Source: Rhynchopus sp. YZ270_cl-10 (taxonomy: Eukaryota). Taken from it: DNA of 64,000 nt. How positions within the stretch are numbered: position 1 is the first letter of the stretch; each line of letters begins with the position of its first letter. The position numbers and the translations under genes were made by a program. The DNA is taken from positions 124,001-188,000 of the forward strand of contig OZ037847.1 in the NCBI GenBank assembly GCA_964035575.1, written 5' to 3'. Of this stretch, positions 49,674-58,791 are shown piece after piece. The notes beneath the pieces are model-generated. The model was given only the letters and a program-made list of their open reading frames with translations, made no database searches and was not told the origin of the DNA.

Positions 49674-52280
49674 TCACCACAACGACATGTCCGTGAATTT
49701 GAGCTTCTGCTCCAACACCATGGTGGCAAGCTCCGCATTCTGTACATAGTCGTCGGGTATGCTCTTTCTCAGTGCCTCTGCCTCTTCCCATTTACCTTTC
49801 TGAACGGCGACAAAAATTTTGTTTTCACGAGTCTCTGGGTTCTGGGTTGCCTCCTCCAGCTGGTACATCCACTCATTCTCCGCAAGCTGAAGAACAGAGG
49901 ACACAATGCTGACCAGGTTAGGCTCGCTGTCACGTGGGGCCTTGGGTGAGACAACAAAGAGTGCATGCTGGAACCTGAACAGTCCGCCACATGTTTCTGT
50001 AATAGACACGTCAGCCATAAGTGCGTTGTCATGCATCTTAGAGACACGCTCAAGCGCAATGCCCCACGACACACTCTGCCCGAACGTCGAGTACCGCTTC
50101 ATCGTGTCGCTCCCGTAGTGCCCCGTCAGCACACTTCCTGCCACCACAGACGCAGAGGCAGACAGCTGCAAGGTTTCCTTCACCTGGCGGAGGACCTCCA
50201 GCCCAATACCGGTGGCACTTTCCCTGTATCCGCCTGTGGGCCGCACACCGTTCAAAGTGACAATGATCCTGTCGCCAGTGAAGGTCTCGGGCACACCACC
50301 TCTGTGCTGGGCTTTTTCTTGCACAATTTGTACGTACTTCTTGTGGCGCTCCTCGCACTCTGACTCGGACGTGAGGACACGTCTGTGGAAGCCGACGAGG
50401 TTGAGCATCACAAAAGCCATTTTCTTCTTCTGGCCGTTTTGGTTGAAGCGGCCCCCGCGCTTCATCAGGACCGTGTTCGTCGAGCGGTGCGAGCGGTGGC
50501 TGCCACTGCTCCCCCGCCCCACAGAGAAGGAGGTAGCGCTCGACTCTTCTACGCTGGGATCATCACCGTCGCCTTTGTCGAGCACTGTCTGAGGCAGGAA
50601 CCTGCGGTACTCAATCAGGTTGTCCACAATCTGCACAAACGACTTGATGATAGCAGACGGGTTCTCGATTGTACGGATGTCGTCCACCTCCTCCAGCCGC
50701 ATGCATGCAATGCTCTCCGCACAGCGCATGGCAACAGCCTTCTCGGAGTACAGCTTCGACAGGCGCATGTGGTCCCCCATCACACGGTAGCACACTAAAG
50801 GCACAGCGATGAAGATGAGAACAGCCACCACCGAGGATATAGTGATGATGATGGTGAGGTCCAGTTCAGGCGCAGCCTCCTGAGGGCAGTCCACGTTGCC
50901 CATGCCTGTGTTCCCCCAGTTGTTAGGGCAGGGGATGCAGTCTGCGGAGTTCAGAGGGGAGTAGCTGCCCTCCGGACACAGTGTGCATTCGCTTGCGCCT
51001 TCGCCGCTGAAGGAGCCTGCAGGGCAGGGCGTGCACTCCGTCACACCTGTGCCGCCTTCCACAACAGAGTACATGCCGGCAGTGCAGTTGTGGCATCGTA
51101 TATCAAATGCAGCAGGATTCTGTGTCACGTGTTCTGTGTAGCGTGTGCCGTTCCCACAGGCCTCGCCAGACAACGACATAAAACCAACATCCGTCGGACC
51201 ATCAATAATGAACTGCATCTTCACAGCAAGGTAGAAGTCCCCCAAACAGTCGCCAACATTCTCCTGCACCCGCACACCGTCCTTCCACACAGGGTGGCAG
51301 AAAGGGTCAAAGCCACCCTTCATCTTCGTCACCGTGGAGTGGAAAAGCTTGCGTGTGGGTGGCTCCACTTCAAATGAAGGCACGTGGTTGACCGACACAC
51401 CAGCAGGGTACCCATACCACAGGTTGTGGCTCCCAGTCCTGAACGTGCCTAAGTACGACCTGTTCATCAGCTCTGCATAGATCGGCCCCCAGTTGAAACT
51501 CGAAGAAGTAAGCACAGTCTCCCCAATGATCTTCCGCCCGTCCGTGTTGGAGGCAACACTGTGTATCCCGTTTGCCTTTGCGTACAGTGCACCTTCTTGT
51601 GTGTCGGTGTGGTAGGCAATCACATCACATCCCATTGCATGCAAACGACGTGCAGCCTCACGCTCCTTCACGGGATCATAAAACGTACCAATCCAGATCA
51701 CCACCACGTCAACTTTGTGCTCAACGTATGTGGAGTTCATGATGGCACCTGCCCCGACCTGTGCACCAAGGTAGTAAGCGTTGGCAGAACGGTACACTTC
51801 CGCAATCGGGATGGATGCAATAAAACCGACACGCTTTACTGTGCTCTTCCCACCTGCAACCACACCAGACACGTAACGTGAGTGGTAGACACGTCCAAAG
51901 GCTGTGATGAAGTTATCCGGTCCAGAGTAGTAACCCGACACGTGAACAAAGTCGACATTTGGATGAGCCTTTGCCGCAGCAAACGTCTCTTCATGGTACA
52001 TGAAGGAACACGCGATAACCATGTCGTAACCACTCTCCGACACGTTCTTCATCATCACTTTCACGTCTTCTGACGACAGAGCCTCAAAGATGTCGGTGTG
52101 TATGCTGTCACCACGTGCCTCAAGCTCAGGCAGCAGTGCTTCCTGTGCACGGATCCTTCCTTCGTTGTGTGTGTACGTCCATCCCAGGTCAGAGATGTCA
52201 CCGTTGTAGAAGAAGGCAGCTTTGAAGGTGCGTGCATCCACGACCAGCACACACAGCAACAATGCGAATGTGTGTATCAT
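49674..52280 (-). CDS. BMP-domain receptor pseudo-cyclase (~868 aa)
   Basis: Start at MIHTFALLLCVLVVDA (ATG 52280); BMP, Cys-rich repeats and TM; FVMLNLVGF / GVPETFTGDR / TFGQSVSWGIALE. Confidence 0.9.
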   Translation of the reverse strand: MIHTFALLLCVLVVDARTFKAAFFYNGDISDLGWTYTHNEGRIRAQEALLPELEARGDSIHTDIFEALSSEDVKVMMKNVSESGYDMVIACSFMYHEETFAAAKAHPNVDFVHVSGYYSGPDNFITAFGRVYHSRYVSGVVAGGKSTVKRVGFIASIPIAEVYRSANAYYLGAQVGAGAIMNSTYVEHKVDVVVIWIGTFYDPVKEREAARRLHAMGCDVIAYHTDTQEGALYAKANGIHSVASNTDGRKIIGETVLTSSSFNWGPIYAELMNRSYLGTFRTGSHNLWYGYPAGVSVNHVPSFEVEPPTRKLFHSTVTKMKGGFDPFCHPVWKDGVRVQENVGDCLGDFYLAVKMQFIIDGPTDVGFMSLSGEACGNGTRYTEHVTQNPAAFDIRCHNCTAGMYSVVEGGTGVTECTPCPAGSFSGEGASECTLCPEGSYSPLNSADCIPCPNNWGNTGMGNVDCPQEAAPELDLTIIITISSVVAVLIFIAVPLVCYRVMGDHMRLSKLYSEKAVAMRCAESIACMRLEEVDDIRTIENPSAIIKSFVQIVDNLIEYRRFLPQTVLDKGDGDDPSVEESSATSFSVGRGSSGSHRSHRSTNTVLMKRGGRFNQNGQKKKMAFVMLNLVGFHRRVLTSESECEERHKKYVQIVQEKAQHRGGVPETFTGDRIIVTLNGVRPTGGYRESATGIGLEVLRQVKETLQLSASASVVAGSVLTGHYGSDTMKRYSTFGQSVSWGIALERVSKMHDNALMADVSITETCGGLFRFQHALFVVSPKAPRDSEPNLVSIVSSVLQLAENEWMYQLEEATQNPETRENKIFVAVQKGKWEEAEALRKSIPDDYVQNAELATMVLEQKLKFTDMSLW

Positions 52281-53421
52281 CTTCACAAAGTGGAACTGTT
52301 CTGTGGTGTGGTGAGTGTGATGATGGATGTGGGGTGGAAGTGTCGAGAGAAAACAAGATGCTGTGTTTGAGTTGACGAAGAGAAAGAAGCAGTGGGGTAA
52401 CATGGGGAGCAAAAGAGCTCAAACAACAAAGAGACAAAACAAAGAAACACGGCAAGACATAACAAATGTTCGTTGCGAGTCACAGTAAAAATGAAAAGCG
52501 AGGGGAGTAAGGTTAAAATGAAGTGCAAAAAGCAACAAAGACCAAAAGAGAAAAAAAAGGAAGAAGAGAAAAATAGGACGATGAATGTACCCCACATACA
52601 GACATCAAAAAGACAACAAAGAAACAACCAAAGGCGCAAAGAAGAAACTTCGTGACAATTATCTTCTTAAATAGCTTGGCTTGGCTGTTTTTTGAATAAG
52701 TTTTTTACCCAAAAACTCAAAATATCACTTCGAAGACAACTTCGAGGAGCGCACATTACACAAAAAAAGTTGACTTGAAATACAAAGCACTCTTGGCGAT
52801 CAGAACACCAGGGGTGGACCCGTAACCATGCTGTCCTACATCCACTCCGAGATTTACATCCCAAAACTGAATACCGTGCAGACTATGGGATGCAGGAAAA
52901 ATGCACAATATATTGTAAACTTCCACAAGAGCGACGGGCAACGATATGCACCAGAGGTGCATACAGACCGCACACAACGGTGAAGTAAACGACTTGACTT
53001 GTGGTTTTCTTTGTGCTTTCACCGTTGTAAGCCAACGCTGAAACCATACATCAAGTTATTTACTGCAACGTCCTGCAGGGGGGAAAGGGTGAGGGGCAAT
53101 GATATAATGTGCGTTTGCGCTGTTCTTCCTTCCAAACCTCGGGAGCCCCGCTCTTTTTGCTTAAAAAGGGTGTGCGTGATGACAATCATGAGAGCAGAAA
53201 GAAGGCGGAAATTTAAAAAAAAAAACTCTTTTCCACCAGGAAGCTCTTCATTGCACCGTGTGGGAAAATATGGTGGACGTTGTGTTGAAATTAGTGCTTT
53301 TTTGGCAGTTACAACATCATCAGTGCGGATAACTTATTTATGCACACGGAATCGCTGCAGAGCAGGGCTTATATAGGGGGGTAAATCCTGGCCAGGATTT
53401 CATAGAAAAAAGAGAAGTTGT

Positions 53422-53465
53422 AAGTGCAAGCGCCTCACCGTTCATCGGCGGACGCAGGCACTGAA
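53422..53465 (-). other. Dispersed hairpin motif B
   Basis: AGTGC-CTGCGTC-CGCC-GATGAACGGTGA-GGCG-CTT-GCACT then TACAACTTCTCTTTTTTC. Confidence 0.6.
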
Positions 53466-54457
53466 CAAAAAGGGGGGGATTGCTGGGAGGAAAGTTGCTC
53501 TTTCATTGGTTTTCCCCTCTTTTTTTTTTCTTCCCCACCTACTCCACAAAAAATGGGCAGCACTGAGTCGACCGTGGATTCATTCGTGAAGTATTTATTT
53601 TTTCTTTCTTTTCTCTTTTCTCCCCTTTTTTTGGAGAACACAAATATCACAGAGTCGTGCAATGCACTGGTCAGTGAGCAGAGGTTTTGCCCCCTCCCTT
53701 GACCTTGCAACACATCTGACTAAAATAAGAAAAGCGGAGCTCATCCTGTGTCTACACTAATACAACCAGGATTTCATATTAAAAAAAAAAAAATATAACA
53801 AGATAAATGAGCCTCTCGGGCACACATCGAAAGCAAGAAGCACATAAGATGGTCTTACTCAGTCATCTCACTTTTTATTTAAAAAAAAATGACGATTTAC
53901 TGGGTTACTTGACAATCAAAATATGCCTCAACTCTCCATTTTTTTTTATCTTTGTATCATCTATGCAATTGAGCTCGGGGTAATAAACAGGGATGTAATA
54001 GAAAATGCTTCGCACACAAAAATTAGTCTAATCGGTGTGTGATTACTTTTTTTTTTGGTTTATATCAGCCAGAAAACCCGACTTCATTTTCGCAGGTGTT
54101 TTTTTTCTTTTTCTTTTTTCCCGATTTTGATTTGATAACTGTTGGTTTAGTAGCCGCCATCAGACAGTCTTCACTATCCTGATCTCATTTGTGGATTATT
54201 TGTCACCTCTGGTATTACACTCAATTGATCTGAGCCTTTGGCACAGCCGAAAAGGCGCACAAAGTATGGCGCAACGTGGGGATTTTTTTGTTGTATCGAC
54301 AATCGCCGAGTAATCCCACCAGGTGGGAGAATTCGGGTCTGTACTCAATGTTGGCCGAAGCCTATTTTTTTCTTTTTTTGCTTTTTGAAAAATTGTTGGA
54401 GTAGTGCAGTTGCCTTGGATGTGTTGCCACAGTTGTGCAATCTCCACTGTGTGTTGT

Positions 54458-54492
<35 letters not shown>

Positions 54493-55363
54493 GTTTTTTT
54501 TGCAGACAAAGTACAGCTTGTCCCTCCTCTCTAAGAGTGTGTCAAAGAAATGGAGCGGTGTTTGGTGCCATCCTCTCTTGTTTGAGACAAGAGAACTTTA
54601 CATTGCACCTGCAAAAGTATCCCCTTTTTCCGTTCAGGTGCACGAGCATGTGATGCACCGTGCACAATTGGTATGGTGTAGCTACCGAAAAACCACGCTT
54701 TTTTTTTCCACATTTGTTGTCCGTTGTTTTGACTTGAAAAGAATAAAGAAAGGAATAATAATTAAAGAATAAGAGGGAGCGCGTTCTGTTCAGGTATTAG
54801 CAAAGCGGGTATGAGGTGGTTCGATAAGAGTTGCTTTCTTTCTGGTTTAAATAATGTTTAACTGCAACGTGCGTAACAGCACACACACAAAACATACAAA
54901 ACTGATGGAAGAACAACACTTGAAAAGATCCTCCACACATCTTCGTTGTTCAAAAAAAAAGAGAGAAAAAAAAGAGAGAAAAAATAATCAGCACAGCGGG
55001 TAAATTTGGCGAGGAAAAAAGAAAAAAAAACAGGCATTTTCCCTAGCCACCCTATAAATAATTGCAAAGAACACAGAGAGATGGGGAAAAGAGGGGGAGA
55101 ATGATCATGAACGAAGTGAAAGCAACACATGTACACACTTGCACGAGGCTAACGGAGACAAAGAACACTGTCCAACCTTCCAGTTGGGTGCTCTTATTAT
55201 TATTGTATTTTTTTGCAAATCTCCTCATGTAACCAAAGTGAAGTGAAGCACGGGGGGGGGAAAAAAAACTGGATAATTTTATTTTACTTTTGAAGTAAGA
55301 AGGATGTGATAGCACGTAAAATAGGGGATAAAAGAGACCACAAGAAAAGAGAGAAAAAAGAGA

Positions 55364-55458
55364 GAAACTGCAAACGCCTCACCATTGGCGAACGAAGGCA
55401 CTGAAAATAAAAAAAAGGGGTTTTTTAAAATGAACCTAAGCCTATCATGATTAGTCGC
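55364..55458 (-). other. Adjacent hairpin motifs A (55428-55458) and B (55364-55406), each followed by a pyrimidine tract
   Basis: GCGACTAATCATGATAGGCTTAGGTTCAT...TTTTCAGTGCCTTCGTTCGCCAATGGTGAGGCGTTTGCAGTTTCTCTCTC. Confidence 0.6.
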
Positions 55459-55915
55459 TTTAAGTAATTGCTAAGAAAAAAAAAACGGGTGTACTGTGAG
55501 GGAGGGGTCCCCACATTATCAGCCATCTGGGTAGCCACATACGTATCACCAAAAAAAACGCCTTTTTTTCCCCCCAGAAGAGTTATCCATAATGAATATA
55601 TCGCATGCAAAAAAAAAAAAAAATACCCTCAATCACGATCCGTCACCATGCCAGGGGATCCACGGTCACATGCTGTAGTTACAGTTGGAGGGTGTCCCCC
55701 ACTGTCCCCCAGGGTGTGGGTTATGAAGGAAAAAAAAAAAGAAAAAGGAAAAGGAAAAGCAAAGAGAATAATTAGTTTAGTGGGTGTGTGTGTGTGTGTG
55801 TCCGAAGTCTCGACACCTCCTACGCCACCTAGGATATGTGCGAGATAATTACATTTGCATATTTGGTCTTGAAGATGGGGTATATGGTGAAGTGCCACGG
55901 AAAAAGCAAAAAAAC

Positions 55916-56531
55916 CAGAGTCCTAGCTTGCCTGGGTCAGTGGGTCAAGCTGACCCAAGTGCCTGGGTCGCGACCCACGAAAAAAAAAAAAAAAGGGAAT
56001 TAATTAATTTGGAAATTGGGAAATTCTGATTTTTTTCCCCTCTTTGGGGGGCCCACCACCTTTTCTGGGGTAAGAAAAAAATATTGACAAAAAAATCCGG
56101 CACCGTCCAGGGCTGGACCCAATTTTTTTTGCCTGCGGCGCCATTTTTCCTTTTTTGCTCCGCAAAAAAGGGTTCGTACAGTGACTCTGTGGTGTAAAAA
56201 GCTACATTTTTACACCGTACCCTAATTTTTTTCGCCTGCGGCGCCATTTTATATATTTTGTGTTGGGCGATCTATGAACGGGGAGTGATTTTTATGGTTA
56301 TAGTGGCGTTACATTTAACGTTGTGAGCAACTCACTAGTCGTAGTGGCCAAAATTTGTATCAGTCAAGAACTTGTCCATTTTTCTGAAATGACCCCACCA
56401 CAGTGAGGGTAGAGCTCGGAAAACCCAAAAAAGCCAAGACAAGCCCCCCAAGGCCCAAAACCTCTGCTGACCCAAAAAAAAAATTCTGACCCAGATTTGG
56501 CATTTTTTTTCAAAACCAAGCTAGGACCCTG
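55916..56531. mobile_element. hAT-like MITE, 616 bp
   Basis: 15-bp TIR CAG(A/G)GTCCTAGCTTG; identical 8-bp flanks AAAAAAAC (55908-55915, 56532-56539); subterminal GGGTCA/TGACCC repeats. Confidence 0.8.
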
Positions 56532-57254
56532 AAAAAAACAAATTCAAAAAAAAAAAAAAAACTGTTGGGAATAAAAACCCCCTCGGTGTACACTGAGACA
56601 ACTAAGCTCTGTGCTCGGAAACGGGGTTATGCCCTGTATTTGAATGATACCTTGCTAAAAAAGTCAGGTGCATAGTCACGTCGGAGAACGTGATTTTTGT
56701 TTTTTTTTTTTTCATCCATTTTTTAGCACCCAAACGGATGCTAGTAAAGAACTGTCGATGTCGAAACCTGTCGAAAGTAATACATTTGACTCAACATCTG
56801 AGACACAGATCTTGCAGATTATTATCTTTTTTTGGGCTTACAGAAAGGGGCAGTGGAGTGGGTCGGGGTAAAAGAGTTAGGTATGAGGTCCTAGTGGAAA
56901 GAATGTCTGTGTGATATATGCCTTCCTTGGGCAAGGTTTTTGTTTGGGACTGTACACAGGCGCAAAGCGCCTTGTTGTTGTCTCAGGGTGTTGAAGTGAG
57001 AAAAACTTAGAAATTGATTTCAAGAGAAAATAAGGAAAATCCAGAAAAGGTTTCGTCGCTCCGCAAAAAGGTTGTTTTTTTACAAGCTATGCGGGCACCT
57101 TCCTGCGTTTCTATGTCCTCCTGTCAAGACTTAAGATTTGATCTGCAACAATATTGCAGAACGCTTTGTATTATGACACTGACGGGCGGAGGGGTTAATT
57201 GAAAATCCAAAGAAAAAAGTCAAATCTGACGGGGTGAAATAAAGAAAAGTTCAT

Positions 57255-57288
57255 AAGATGATACTAAGCCTCGCGTGCTTAGTCAACT
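57255..57288 (-). other. Dispersed hairpin motif A
   Basis: AGTTGA-CTAAGC-ACGCGAG-GCTTAG-TA-TCATCT then TATGAACTTTTCTTTATTTC. Confidence 0.7.
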
Positions 57289-57739
57289 TAAAAGGGTGGG
57301 GATTTCCTTGCAAGGAAATAAAAGAAAGTGTTTTTATTTTTTTTGATACGAATGTGCCTCTCGTGTTCGCCATCAGACGACAAAAAAAAATGGTTGTGAG
57401 TGATGTGAACCCACATTGGGGGTGATCAGCAGCACGGTAATTTTTTCCCCCCGCCCAACGCGGTGTCCTCGGCACATCTCTCAAAAAAAAAAAAAAAAAA
57501 AAAAAAATGAGTCCCCGAATACAAATATCGAAAATTAAGTCAAAAAAAAAAAAAAATTGGGCATTGACAACGCTTTTTCGAATGAAACTATAAACTGTGG
57601 CGCCAAAAAGCCCCTGAGGATGATACATGAGAGTGTGTGAAAAAAAATGTGACTAAACAACAAAATACTCCTAGGTTTGTGATGAATTACGAATAAGTGA
57701 ATTTAAGAAAACAACTAATTTCAAGAAACAAAATAATTA

Positions 57740-58455
57740 CAGTGCGGCGCTATATTACGGGGGCGCATAATTATGGGTAACTCCAATATTTACCCATAAT
57801 TATGCGCCCCGTAATATTGCGCACCCGTAATAAAACTTTTTTTTTTTTGATTTTTTTTCTCATAATCCATTGTGGATGACTTCACACATGTCACTCCTCC
57901 CAGGCGCACAGGTCGTCATCCTGACACTCTGCCACCTTGTCTCCTCTGCCACCGCAACTCCTCTTCGTGGCTTGCCCGGCAGCCTCCAAGGACAGCAAAC
58001 TGGCAATTTCCTCCCGTAGAAGCTTCCGGTTCGCCTTCTCTTGCTTCTCAGCAGACGTCCTGATAGTGAAGGCGGATGGCACATGAAGGATTCCCGGTGC
58101 TGGGGCAAGAGATCTGCCACACTGCCATAAAGTGCAACTGGGGAGCTTTCCTCGTCGATGTAACATTGATAACTTCACCCAATCGTGTTGCCTCCTGCTT
58201 TTTATGTCACAATTGTTGAAATGTCCGCCACGGCGCGCAATACTTCTTTTGAGGTTTTCACGAGCACAGTGGAGCTTGCACAGGTGGCTACACTATTCCA
58301 ACAATTTTTCAAAAAAAAAAAACAAAAAAAAAAAAAAAAAATGTTTTGTTACGGGGGCGCATAATTATGGGTAAATCCAATTTTTACCCATAATTATGCG
58401 CCCCGTAATATTGCGCACCTGTAATATCGCGCCACCGTAATATCGCGCCGCACTG
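57740..58455. mobile_element. Tc1/mariner-like MITE, 716 bp
   Basis: TA|CAGTGCGGCGC.ATATTACGG ... CCGTAATATCGCGCCGCACTG|TA; each end carries a long near-perfect palindrome. Confidence 0.88.
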
Positions 58456-58791
58456 TATAAAGAACAGAAAAATTAAACAAAAATACGAGAAAAAAGCGCG
58501 GCCGCAGGAGGAAAGTGATGACTGTTTATTTGGGAGTAATTAGCATTGCTCCAAAGACGGTTTAAAATGCGGGACCCACCTAACTGGCATATCAGTGTAG
58601 TACGTTTCGATAACCCCTACCGAAGCAGGCTCTGTACAGAATGACCACAAAAAGACACAGGGGTTAAAGTGTTGCAGAGAAGGAACACTTTCACAAAAGA
58701 GCGGGGGGGAAAAAATTCTCTTTTGCGCGTTTTGCTAATGATTCGTGGTGGTTTCGGTGGTCAAAAATCCCCGTTGACACTTGCCTTTTTT

